From assembly GCF_009914755.1 (NCBI RefSeq), contig NC_060927.1: 64,000 bases of DNA. One strand, written 5' to 3'. The stretch comes from the human T2T-CHM13v2.0 reference genome, Homo sapiens. Under the pieces are notes generated by a model. It ran no database searches and was not told the DNA's origin. It saw nothing but the letters and a program-made list of their open reading frames with translations. Shown piece by piece: positions 43,110 to 61,190 of this stretch (positions within the stretch are counted from its first letter, which is position 1; every line of letters starts with the position of its first letter). Both the position numbers and the translations under genes were made by a program.

Positions 43110-44263
43110 AAAAATCTGCTGATATTGTAATTTGTGATGAAGAGTGTGACTCACCTGAATCAGTCAACCAGCAAACCCAAGAGGAGAGTCCTATAGAAGT
43201 TCACACTGCTGAAGATGTTCCAATTGCTGTAGAAGTGCATGCGATTTCTGAGGATTATGATATAGAGACAGAAAACAATTCCTCTGAGAGTCTCCAAGAC
43301 CAAACTGATGAAGAACCGCCAGCTAAACTTTGTAAAATTCTTGACAAGAGCCAAGCTTTGAATGTGACTGCCCAGCAGAAATGGCCTTTACTGAGAGCTA
43401 ATAGCAGTGGCCTCTATAAATGTGAACTTTGTGAGTTTAACAGCAAATATTTTTCTGACTTAAAGCAGCATATGATCCTGAAGCATAAACGTACTGATTC
43501 AAATGTGTGTCGAGTATGCAAGGAAAGTTTCTCTACCAATATGCTTCTGATAGAACATGCCAAACTGCATGAAGAGGATCCCTACATTTGTAAATACTGT
43601 GATTATAAGACAGTAATTTTTGAGAACCTCAGCCAGCACATTGCAGACACCCATTTTAGTGATCACCTCTATTGGTGTGAACAGTGTGATGTACAGTTCT
43701 CCTCAAGCAGTGAACTCTACCTACATTTCCAGGAGCACAGCTGTGATGAACAGTACTTGTGTCAGTTCTGTGAACATGAAACTAATGATCCAGAAGACTT
43801 GCATAGCCATGTGGTAAATGAGCATGCATGTAAATTAATAGAGTTAAGTGATAAGTATAACAATGGTGAACATGGACAGTATAGCCTCTTAAGCAAAATT
43901 ACCTTTGACAAATGTAAAAACTTCTTTGTATGTCAAGTATGTGGTTTTCGGAGTAGACTTCACACAAATGTTAACAGGCATGTTGCTATTGAACATACAA
44001 AAATTTTTCCTCATGTTTGTGATGACTGTGGGAAAGGCTTTTCAAGTATGCTAGAATATTGCAAGCATTTAAATTCACATTTATCTGAAGGGATTTATTT
44101 ATGTCAATATTGTGAATATTCAACAGGACAAATTGAAGATCTTAAAATTCATCTAGATTTCAAGCATTCAGCTGACTTGCCTCATAAATGTAGTGACTGC
44201 TTGATGAGGTTTGGAAATGAAAGGGAATTAATAAGTCACCTTCCAGTCCATGAGACAACTTGA
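43110..44263 (+). CDS. ZNF639: ZNF639 last coding exon: acidic region plus nine C2H2-type zinc fingers, stop TGA 44261-44263
   Basis: Acceptor TTTATTCTTCAG|, within ORF 43094..44263. Spliced CDS is 58+111+135+1154 = 1458 nt = 485 aa + stop, matching known ZNF639/ZASC1. Confidence 0.97.
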
Positions 44264-48661
<4,398 letters not shown>

Positions 48662-49168
48662 TAGCCAGGATGGTCTCGATCTCCTGACCTTGTGATCCGC
48701 CCACCTCGGCCTCCCAAAGTGCTGGGATTACAGGCGTGAGCCACCATGCCTGGCCCATTTGTATGTCTTACTACCTTTTACAAGAGACTTAGTATATTTT
48801 CCAAGCTGCTGTGTTAATTTTTTAATGGAATTTTAATGCCTAAAAAGGCCGTATGTTGGCCAGGTGCGATGGCTCACACCTGTAATCCCAGCACTTTGGG
48901 AAGTTGAGGCGGACGGATCATCTGAGGTCAGGAGTTTGAGACCAGCCTGGCCAACATGGCAAAACCCCTTCTCTACTAAAAATAAAAAACAACAACAAAA
49001 TTTCCATTGGTTTCCAGATGAGGAAACAGATTCTTAAAAAGACAAACATCTCTCCAAGGTCACGGTCGGTGAGCAAGAACTTGGAGACTCTGATTCCCAG
49101 TTTCTGACCCCCTGGTCAATTTCTATCAAATGGCCGAAAGGACTACAGGATAGACTTATACAGATCTA

Positions 49169-49369
<201 letters not shown>

Positions 49370-51147
49370 TCAAATGGCCACAATCTTCTTGGGAAGTAGA
49401 TTGGCTTACCAAAACATCAATATTCATTAAGAATTTAAGTGAGGCTGGATGCACGTGGTGGCTCACACCTGTAATCTCAGCACTTTGGGAGTCCAAGGTG
49501 GGTGGATCACGAGGTCAGAAGTTCAAGACCAGCCTGGCCAAGATGGTGAAACCCTGTCTCTACTAAAAATACAAAAATTAGCTGGGCATGGTGGCGGGCA
49601 CCTGTAATCCCAGCTACTCGGGAGGCTGAGGCAGAGAGTTGCTTGAACCCAGGAGGCAGAGGTTGCAGTGAGCCGAGATTGCACCACTGCACTCCAGCCT
49701 GGGTGACAGAGTGAGACTCCATCTCAAAAACAGAAAAAAAAAAAAAAGAATTTAAGTGAAAATAAATAGTTAAGATCAACTGGTAAACCCAGTGGAGAAA
49801 CCAATCTGGTTAGTCAGGTATACCGTACAATTAACAGTTTCATCCCAATAAATAAAACAAATTTTGGGATATATATTTGCTTGCCTGTAACTTTTAACCT
49901 CAGTACTGATGACTAAAGATAGAGTCACAAGAGAATTTTTATTATGGCACTGAGTTTATGGGATTATATATACTCCTTATGTTAATTTGGCTTTCCATAA
50001 ATTAATCTTTTAAGACAACATTCACATCTAAGAAATGTGTACATTCATGATTTAAAACAAATTTGCAAAGCTAAAAGTTTTCACATATGGTTTACCTGTT
50101 TATATAAAGTTATATGTCCAGTTTGTAAGTTTAAAAACTAAGATTTTAAGACTATTAGAGTTGCTGGAATTTGCTTTGTACTAGTGATTTGAAAAATAAT
50201 TTTCTGGATAACGAATTTCCATACTAAAGCATCAGTCACCACCAATTCCTTATTAAGTTAATTCTCCTTAGTAACTTTGGTGTTAAAGTGGTAACTATCT
50301 GAACCCAAAATAAATTTGTGAAGAGTAATTTATTCATTCTAAAAAGAAATTTTCTTACATTGCTAGAAAAGAATAGTATCTACTAATCTTATTCCCATAC
50401 TTTATGAAGGGTGATTATTTAGAGAGTTTTAAAAGAAATTAACAGAACATTTAAAAGTGTGTTCTTTGTTGTTTGTTTTTAAATAGGCAAATGAATCTAA
50501 CCTGACATCTTTTTTCCCCTTGCTAGAAATATTGAGCTGAATGAATTACATTCCAAAAATGTAATGAATAGTACACATTTTGAATGAAAACTCAAAGTTT
50601 TCTAGTTTTTAATATCTTGTCTGGAGAGTGTATCCACTACTTGAAAAATACTGCAGTTGAATTATTGATATTTTCACCTTTACTCTTCAAAGTAAAGCTG
50701 AAATCAGAAATTGGAATCATATTCAGCAAATGTAATTTCTGGTGGGTAATTTTCTTTTTTCTTTTTAAGGCTATTCACCATGCTCTTCTGAATTTTGGTT
50801 GGCTAAAATTTGAGAATACAGAATTCCCACGTTTCCTGCCTACCCTGTTCATTCTTGGTTATGTCCAGAGTGGCATTATTTGTCTTTTTCTGTTTTTCAT
50901 TTTCTTTTATAAGAGAGGCCCAGGCAGATCTCAAACTCCTGGGCTCAAGTAATCCACCTGCCTCAGCCTCCCAAAGTGCTGGGATTACAGTCATGAGCCA
51001 CCACTCCCGGCCTTATTCATCTTTTTTTAAATACATTATTTCTGAAATTATATTCTATGGCTGATTACTGTTATCTTTACAACTCATCTTATTTGGGTTT
51101 TCAGAAAGTTTCAAAAGATTAAAGTTTTCCCAACTAACAAGGTAAGT

Positions 51148-51500
51148 TGCCATGAACTAAACATGTCCCCCTCAAAATTCATATGTTCAAATCCTAATCC
51201 CCAGTGTGATGATATCAGAAGATGGGGCCTTTGGTATATGATTAGGTCAGGAAAGTGGAGCCCTCATGAATGGGATTAGTGCCGTTAGAAAAGGGATCCC
51301 AGAGAGCGCTCACCTGTTTTCCATGTGAGGATACAATGAGAAGTCAGCAGTCTGCAACCTGGAAGAGAGCCTCACCAGAACCTAACCATACTGGCACCTT
51401 GATCTCGGACTTCCAGCCTCCAGAACTGTGAGAAATTTCTGTTGTTTATAAGCCACTCAGTCTATGGTACATTGTTATAGTAGCCTATATTGACTAAGAT
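51148..51500 (+). mobile_element. MLT1A-type MaLR LTR
   Basis: TGTCCCCCTCAAAATTCATATGTT...GATCTCGGACTTCCAGCCTCCAGAACTGTGAGAAATTTCTGTTGTTTATAAGCCAC...GACTAAGATA. Confidence 0.8.
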
Positions 51501-51889
51501 AGAGTAGATTTGTTTTGATTCTTCCTTCCGTCTGTTCTCCAAACTCTTAAAATAAGTTACTCCCTTCATGCCATATCCCACATCACTTGCTTGTATACCG
51601 TGTAAATATTTTATATATACCTGCCTGGCATCAGTTTGTGCTGATTTTGTAAATTTTGAATGTGTTTGTTTTAGATTTTAAGCATAACATTATGGCACAT
51701 ATCTTAATAACTTTTTATGGTTACAATATTCTGGTTAAATTCCTTATGGCATTCATCCATTGTTAGTGAGCAACTAAGATGCCGAAGAAGAAGGACCTAA
51801 CCTAGAATGACAGAATATTAGATCTGGGATGAACCTTAGAGATATAGTCTAGACTCAAAAGTGAAAAACATGTAAAAATAATTGTGTCC

Positions 51890-52500
<611 letters not shown>

Positions 52501-53063
52501 AATAATAACAATAATTGTATATGGTATGTAGTTTTTACTTTCATCATTGTAAATTACGTGGTATAAAATTTAATTGGCATAACACTTGGATTCACGAATA
52601 TTTTTACTTAGGAAAAAATTAACTTTTTAAGAAAAGCAAATTGGTGAAAAATATGAAGTAAATAATAATAGTCATACATGGATATGGAAAAAATTGGGTA
52701 GGTGATACATGAATGACTGAAATTGGAGAATACAGAATTCTAGACAAAACTGCTTGTTTATACTTCAGAAAAATGATCTTCTAACATCATTAGTCAAATG
52801 CTTTTTAAGGTAGAATAAACATGACAAACTCCCAACCACTCTTCAAATAATTTTCTTTAAAGTTAAAATGTGCTCTGTGTTTTTTATGGAATGTCATACC
52901 AACACTTAGAGAAAATAACATATTAAAAAATAAAGGACAAAAGCATATGACTCTGATTTGTAATCCCTGTTCAGTAGTAATAAATTGTGTGACTATGACC
53001 ATGAACAGTAGATGTAATGTTACTAAGTTTTTCTTAGTCCATGGGTTCTGCAACTCCTTAAAA

Positions 53064-53252
53064 CAAGCTTGTCCAACCCACGGCCCAACACAAATTTGTA
53101 AACTTTCTTAAAATGTTATGAGATTTATTTGCAATTTTTTGTTTTGTTTTGTTTTCGAGCTCATCAGCTATTGTTAGTGTATTTTATGTGTGACCAAAGA
53201 CAATGCTTCGTCCAGTGTGGCCCAGGGAAGCCAAAAGATTGGACACCCCCTT
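53064..53252. mobile_element. MER30 (hAT-Charlie) DNA transposon remnant
   Basis: TIR-like ends CAAGCTTGTCCAA / TTGGACACCCCC. 8-bp TSD CCTTAAAA at 53056-53063 and 53253-53260. Confidence 0.85.
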
Positions 53253-53473
53253 CCTTAAAAACTTTTTTTTTTTTTAACCTTAAAAACTTCCATTTTTACA
53301 GGCTGGGCGTGGTGGCTCACGCCTGTAATTCCAACACTTTGGGAGGCTGAGAGGCAGGTGGATCACCTGAGGTCAGGAGTTCGAGACCAGCCTGGCCAGC
53401 ATGGTGAAACCCTGTCTCTACACAAATAGAAAAATTAGCCAAGCATGGTGGCGGATGCCTGTAATCCCAGCTA

Positions 53474-53578
<105 letters not shown>

Positions 53579-54359
53579 TCAAAAAAACAAAACAAAACAA
53601 AAAGACTATTTTACTATGCTTCTATTTAACTAACAGCTATGGAATATCTACTATCAAGCCAAGTGCTCAGGAATACAAAGATAAACTATGGTTCTTGACC
53701 TCAAAGAGATTTACCATATAATGCAGGAAACTGTCACCTTTCTGAACTACAATTCAATTAAATATCAAATTGACTTTCATGTATCCAAGTATTTGCCTTT
53801 TGTATAATGCTACCTACCATACACGTTCTTGTCAGTTTTTTATATACTTGTGATTCAGTACTTCCAAAATATATGCAGAATGACTAAAGTTTATACTCCC
53901 ATCAGCAAGATCATGTTTCCGCACAGGCTTATCAACAATATCATACAACTTTTAAATTTCCTGTAAATCTTAAGGTCATAAAGTAGTACATTATTATTGT
54001 TTAAATTTGCATAATCTGATTACTAACAAGGTTGAGACTATCTAATATGCTTATTAGTCATTTTAACTTTCATTTTGTGAACTGCTTCTCCCTATCCTTT
54101 GTCTGCTTTTCTGTTGGGTTTTCTGCTCTATTTTCCGAAGTTCTTTATTTTTAACTATTGATTTTTGTTGGCAATATATACTGCAAAAAATAGATTTCCT
54201 ATGTGTCTGTTATGGATGACTTTTTTGAACAGAAATCCTTAAATTTAATGTAATAGATTCATCACATTTTCCCTTTACATTGTACCTCCTGTCTGTTAAT
54301 TTTACAAAATTCTCTCCAACTAAAATGTCCCCAAATTATTTTCCTACGTTTTTTCCTAA

Positions 54360-54676
<317 letters not shown>

Positions 54677-56183
54677 TGGTTTTACTTTTCATGTTCAGGT
54701 CTTATACCCATCTGAATTTGTATATAGATATGATTCAAACTTTATTTTTGTTAATTAAATTGAACCAATTTCTCCAATGTGATAAAATAATTTATCTTAC
54801 CCAGTGATTCATAATACCAATTTTATCATATACCAACTCCCCATGGACATAATTAGCATGTAAATCTGTGTCTTACACAATTACATTCCATCGTTTGTTC
54901 CTCCAAGAGTATCACATACTTTAATAGTAACAACATGCTTTAAATATTAAGAGTTGGGTAAGTATAGGCAGAGAACAAGGGAAATAAAGAGAAATGGTTG
55001 ATAATTTAAAAAATAATAAATATTAGAGCTTTGCTTATAGCAAATAAAAAATAAATGTTAGGACTTATTATAAATATTAAACTTTAGCAAGTACTTCTTC
55101 TGCATGTATTGAGATAAATGTGGGTTTCCTCCTTTGGTCTGTCAGTATTATGGATTATATTGATTTCTGTTTGATGATTTCTGTATTCCTAGGAAAACCC
55201 TACTTGGATAAAAAAATAATTCTAATACAACGTTGGCCTCAGGTAGCTAATATTTCCTATGTTTGCCTCTGTAGTCCATAAGTGTGAATTTTTTTTTTTT
55301 TTTTTTCTGGAGACTGAGTCTTGCTCTTTCGCCCAGGCTGGAGTGCAGTAGCGTGATGTTGGCTCACTGAAACCTCCGCCTCCCGGATTCAAGTGATTCT
55401 CCTGCCTCTCCCTCTGGAGTAGCTGAGACTACAGGCACCTGCCACCACGCCTGGCTAATTTTTGTGTTTTTTATTAGAGACAAGGTTTCACCATATTGGA
55501 CAGGCTGGTCTCGAACTCCTGACCTCATGATCCACACGCCTCATGATCCAAACTGCTGGGATTACAGGCGTGAGCCATCGCACCCGGCAAGATTAATCTT
55601 TTCGTTAAACATGTAATAGAAAGTTACCCCGAAAATCATCTAGACCTGGCTAGTTTTGAATATGTGGGAAACTTAGCCTATTCGAGTTTTCTATTTTTTC
55701 TCGGTCTAATTTTGGTATTTGATGTTTTCCCAGATTTTATACTTCATCTAAGCTTTTCAATTTGTTGGCATTTATATATATATCTATAGTTATTCTCCCC
55801 TTAATTTGTGTCCTTTCATTTTTTATGTTCTTGAACAGATTTGGCAGTGATACATCAAATTGATAATTTCTTTCAAATAACGTTAGTTTTTGTTAATATC
55901 TATGTTGGTTTTAGCGTTTATATTTTAATTCTTTTCCTTCTTTGTGTTTACTCTCCTGGCTTTTTGGTAATATGTGTGTTCCACACACACACAAAAGCAA
56001 TGGATTAAATTTCTTATTACTTACTATATTAAACATTTAATTACCGTGCTATAATTTATAGCCTGTAATATGTCACTCTTGCTTTAAAATGCAGTAATTA
56101 TATTAAATATAATTATTAAGTACAGAACTAATAAAAGGATACCATCATGATTTTTAAAATTCAAACAGAGTAAATGTTCCCTT

Positions 56184-56548
56184 TGAGACTACCTATGCTC
56201 AGAACTGATGGATTAGCTGGCACGACCCAGACCGATAAACTGGCTCATCTGACCTAGTGTCCCCCAACCCAGGAACTGACTCGTGCAGAAAGACAGCTTC
56301 CACTCCCTGCGATTTCATCCCTGACCAATCAGCACTCCTGGCTCAGTGGCCTCCCCCAACCCACCAAATTGTCCTTAAAAATTCTGCTCCCCAGTGCTGC
56401 TCGGGGAGACTGATTTCAGTAATAATAAAACTCCAGTCTCCCATACAGCCGGCTTTGCGTGACTAAGTCTTTATTTGCAATCCCCCTGTCTTGTATCAGT
56501 TCTGGCTAGTCAGCGGGCAAGGTGAAGGCTTTCCTTGGGCGGTTACCA
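56184..56548 (+). mobile_element. LTR8-like ERV1 LTR (shortened) about 1 kb upstream of MFN1
   Basis: GATAAACTGGCTCATCTGA, CCCAGGAACTGACTC, GACCAATCAGCACTCC, AGTAATAATAAAACTCC and terminal GGGCGGTTAC resemble LTR8 (from memory). Confidence 0.65.
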
Positions 56549-56589
56549 TCCGAAGCTTTAATTTTAAGTATAATGGCAAGCTGTTGGAA

Positions 56590-56628
<39 letters not shown>

Positions 56629-57439
56629 AGATGGAGTCTGGCTCTGTCGCCCAGGCTGGAGTGCAGTGGCGCGATCTCGGCTCACTGTAACCTCCGCCTC
56701 CCGGGTTCAAGCAATTCTCTGCCTCAGGCTCCTGAGTAGCTGGAACTACAGGCGCCCGCCACCACCACGCCCGGCTACTTCTTGTATTTTTAGTAGAGAC
56801 GGGCGTTCACCGTGTTAGCCAGGATGCTCCCGATCTCCTGACCTTGTGATCCGCCCGCCTCGGCCTCCCAAAGTGCTGGGATTACAGGCGTGAGCCACCC
56901 CGCCCGGCCTGGAAAGCTTTTTAAGTTCGGAAAGTAATACGATCTGGATTTCTTTTCTTTTATTTATTTATTTATTTATTTGAAAAAATGTCTCGCTCTC
57001 TTGCCCAGGCTGGAGTGCAGTGGCACGATAAATCACAGTTCGCTGCAGCCCCGGGCCCAAACAATCCCCCCGCCTCAGTCTCCGAAGTAGCTGGGACCAC
57101 AGGTGTGTGCCACCACGCCTCGCTAAGTTTTTAAAATTTTTTTAATTTTTCATTTTTTAATTTTGTAGAGACGGGGAGGAGGAAGAGGGTCGGGGGCGGG
57201 GGGGGGGGCGCCTCCCTATGTTGCCCAGCCTAGTCTCGAACTCCTGGGCTTAAGAGATATCCCACCCCTTCGGTCTCCCAAAGTGCTGGGATTATAGGCG
57301 TCAGCCACCACCATCATTGGAAGCTAGCTAAGCCTAGGCTGGGCAGATACTTGGACACTTTGAGGGGAGAAGGGAGGGGAAGAAGTTGGAAGGGGGAACG
57401 GAAAACCACTCTCCTGGTAGCAGTCTCTGCCCACAACAA

Positions 57440-58040
57440 ACCTTGCCTTCTGCCCTTAAGGAAAATGGCGCCTGGCATAGATGCGCTTCCGGCCACGGAG
57501 CCAAACAGAACAGAGGAGGCAAGAGGCCGGAAGTGACCGCCCTTTGCCACTCCCCCTGCCTCCTCTCCGCCTTTAACTTCTCGGGAAGATGAGGCAGTTT
57601 GGCATCTGTGGCCGAGTTGCTGTTGCCGGGTGATAGTTGGAGCGGAGACTGTGAGTGCCGGCTGCCTCGACAGCACGTTTGCGACGCTCGGAGTGACCTT
57701 CGAGCGACTGGGGACCGGGGGCGGGAGTCGTGCATGCAGCGTTGTGTGACGAGGCGCCGCCCGCCGCGGTCCTGTGGGAAAGGAGAGAGCCAGCTGTCGG
57801 GCGAACGGGGCTGGCGGCCGAGTCGAGCCCACGGAGCCCACGAGGCCGTGCTCGGGGGTGGGATTGGGGGATCCGGACCTAGACGGTCGTGCGCGGGGCG
57901 GGGGTGGGCTCTGGCCCTGACTCCTGCGCCCGGTGTGGGAAGGTGGGAGGCCTTTTCTAAGGCAGGTGTTCACACCGGCCGGACCGGGGCGTTACCCCCA
58001 CCCGGCTTTTCCCACGCAGCTCCTTCGCGCGGTCATTTCT
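57440..58040 (+). promoter_or_regulatory. MFN1: MFN1 CpG-island promoter with YY1 and ETS/GABPA motifs
   Basis: AAAATGGCG (57462-57470), CTTCCGG (57486-57492), CCGGAAGTG (57527-57535). CpG-rich through ~58030. Confidence 0.85.
57549..57650 (+). other. MFN1: MFN1 non-coding exon 1 (start approximate)
   Basis: Donor ACT|GTGAGT at 57650/57651, downstream of the ETS motif. Confidence 0.8.
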
Positions 58041-58691
58041 TGACTCTCTGGAAGAATCCGCCTTCTTTATGGCCACTGTTCCTTTCCATGTACACACCAG
58101 GATTAGACCGTGATTGTTTGTCTTTGGTGTCTTTTTCTTGAGAAACCACCTATGCTTTCTTAAACTTATAGTCCTTGAAGTTTCTGGTACTTTGGCTGGA
58201 AGCGTTAATGCCCTCTTGAAGCCTTACCTTTCTAAATGTCAGCCTCACATTGTGATCTTAGAATTTTATTTCCTCACTCTGCATATCCACTCCTACTCAC
58301 CTAGAGCTTCAGGTTGAGAAACTTAGTAACTTCCTTATTGTGTGTGAATTTGGCTTCGCCTCACTAACCCTGTTCCCTGATGTACTTTAGAGTCACATGC
58401 AGTGACAAACTTAGTCACAATTAGTTTCGTCTTCACCAAAGGGAAATTGAGTAGAAATTGCAACCAAGATTTTGGCTAATAGATTTCACTTATTTTAGTG
58501 AAATATCATTCAAAAGTCGTCTCTAACTGTCTGACTAGAACACTCCCAAAAAAGAATTACCTAAAAACATTTTGCCAGCATAATTTATTTCATTGGGGAG
58601 TTGATGAATGTCACTGGTGTGTCATCAGTTTGCATGTCTATCATCCACTTTAGTTGGTGCTTTTCTAACTTTATCTCCCTCTAGTAGCATA

Positions 58692-58803
58692 ATGGCAGAA
58701 CCTGTTTCTCCACTGAAGCACTTTGTGCTGGCTAAGAAGGCGATTACTGCAATCTTTGACCAGTTACTGGAGTTTGTTACTGAAGGATCACATTTTGTTG
58801 AAG
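58692..58803 (+). CDS. MFN1: MFN1 (mitofusin-1) first coding exon (exon starts 58685): [37 protein letters not shown]
   Basis: Recognised mitofusin-1 N-terminus. Strong Kozak ATAATGG, acceptor CCCTCTAG|TAG, donor AAG|GTTAGT. Confidence 0.95.
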
Positions 58804-59322
58804 GTTAGTTCTTCTTAAGTTTTTAAAGTAATTACTGTTGAAAATATATAAAAGTGCTTATTCTTTCAACGTTAGTTATTGAACACATGTATAGGGCATT
58901 ATACTGTATACTATGAGAAGTACCATAATGAATAAAACCCCTTTCTAACCTCCAGAAGGGGAAAATTAAATGGTATTAATAACAACTAAGAACTTTAGTA
59001 TATTAATAGCTCATTTAATTTTCATCACCACTAGGTGATGAGAAATAGCTATGTTAATAGTTCATTTAATTTTCATCACCACCATCTGTCATTTTAAAGA
59101 TGAAGAGACGAAGTCAAAGAAAAGTTAAACAGTTTGCCCAAGATCACACAGCTAATAAGTGCCCAGACAAAAAATCAGGCAGTCCACATTTAACCATTAT
59201 ACTTGTCTCCTCCCCAATTTAGCAGTTAAGCCAAGACCTCAGACATATCTCATTCTCTCAAATGAGGCTGAATTGCAGTGGAAAGGGGGAAAAAGGAGTT
59301 TCATAACTGTTAAAGGTGATGA

Positions 59323-59691
<369 letters not shown>

Positions 59692-61149
59692 TAAGATTAT
59701 GTACCTCTCGGCCAGGCGCCCTGACTCACACCTGTAATCCCAGCACTTTGGGAGTCCAAGATCGGCAGATTACCTGAGGTTAGGAGTTCAAGACCAGCCT
59801 GATCAACATGGTGAAACCCTGTCTGTACTAAAAATACAAAAATTAGCTGGGCCTGGTGGCAGACGCCTGTAATCCTAGCTACTCAGGAGGCTCGAGGAGG
59901 GAGAATCGCTTGAACCTGGGAGGCAGAGGTTGCAGTGAACCGAAGTCGCCCACTGCACTCCAGCCTGGGTGACAGAGTGAGACTCCATTTCAAAAAAAAA
60001 AAAAGATTATGCACCTCTCAACTATACAATGGAAAGGGAGGGATTCTGTAAATTTTTCCAGCGACAGTGGGGAAACCTTTGGTAGATTGGGAATCAAACT
60101 TTTTTTTTCATGTCTCTCCCAACCCTCTCTTACCATATTTTGAGCTCCTTTAGGGCAGGAGCCTGGGATTCATTGTATTCCTAGCACCAGACTTGACACA
60201 ATTCAATGCTGAATGAGAAAAAAAAAATAGTAGTATAGAATCTTTGTTTCCAATTAGGAAATAATTTGAGCTGGCACAGTTGACTTTTTAAAAATATTTT
60301 TTTTTCTAAAAATAATAGGAAGTGAAAATGAAGTTAAATGTGTATTGTACGTGTTATAGATCATGCATCATGCTAGGCACTAGTGAAATGACAGCTTTAG
60401 AATCTGAATTCAGTTGTACAGGTTTTAGAACCTCAGTAAAAATGTTGCAAAAAGGAGACAAAGCAAATAAATCAAGAAAAACATACAAGAGCAAAAATAA
60501 AATGAAAAGCAAAAATAAATGTAATGATACTTAAACCAGTCTGTCCGTTATTCACCAAATTGCACATATTTTATTAATGCGTTAGAAAAGTATGGTGAGA
60601 TATGAGAAGCTTAATTGGATGTGCACTGGAGAAGTTTTAAGTGGCAGTGTTTGTCTCTAATTAGGGTCATTCAGATAGCCAGATGAATCTTTTTGTTTTT
60701 GTTTTTGTTTTTTTGAGACGATGTCTCACTCTGTCACCCAGGTTGGAGTGCAGTGGCACCATCTCGGCTCACTGCAAACTCTGCCTCCGGATTCAAGTGA
60801 TTTCCAGCTAATTTTTGTACTTTTAGTAGAGATGGTGTTTTACCATATTGTTCAGGCTGGTCATGAACTCCTGACCTCAAGGGATCTGCCCACTTCGGCC
60901 TCCCAAAGTGCTAGGATTATAGGCGTGAGCCCCCACGCCCACATGAATCTTCATGTCTTTACCTTCAAAAAGAGGTGATAAGAATGTAAACATCAGGTTA
61001 TCTCCTATTCCTGAGTTATAAAAAAAACTGAAAGATTTTTCTATTTTTCAAACCCAGGCTTTTTCAACTACCTCCAGCCATGGAGGAGAGGTGAGGGCTG
61101 GGATGTGCGGTTAAACCCTAAACCTGATAAGAGTGAAAGTGGGATACAA

Positions 61150-61190
61150 TCTGATGAGATCGAGTGCATTCAGGGTGGTATGGCTGTAGA
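61150..61190 (-). pseudogene. 5S rRNA 5' fragment (~nt 2-42), tailless retropseudogene in MFN1 intron 2
   Basis: Reverse complement TCTACAGCCATACCACCCTGAATGCACTCGATCTCATCAGA compared with 5S TCTACGGCCATACCACCCTGAACGCGCCCGATCTCGTCTGA (35/41 identical). TSD T(G/A)GGATACAA at 61140-61149 and 61191-61200. Confidence 0.88.

Noticed and set aside
57314-58141. 219-aa minus-strand and 180-aa plus-strand ORFs at the MFN1 promoter
   Set aside because: GC-rich promoter/intron sequence with no recognisable domain; the plus ORF starts at TTG and runs through the exon 1 donor.
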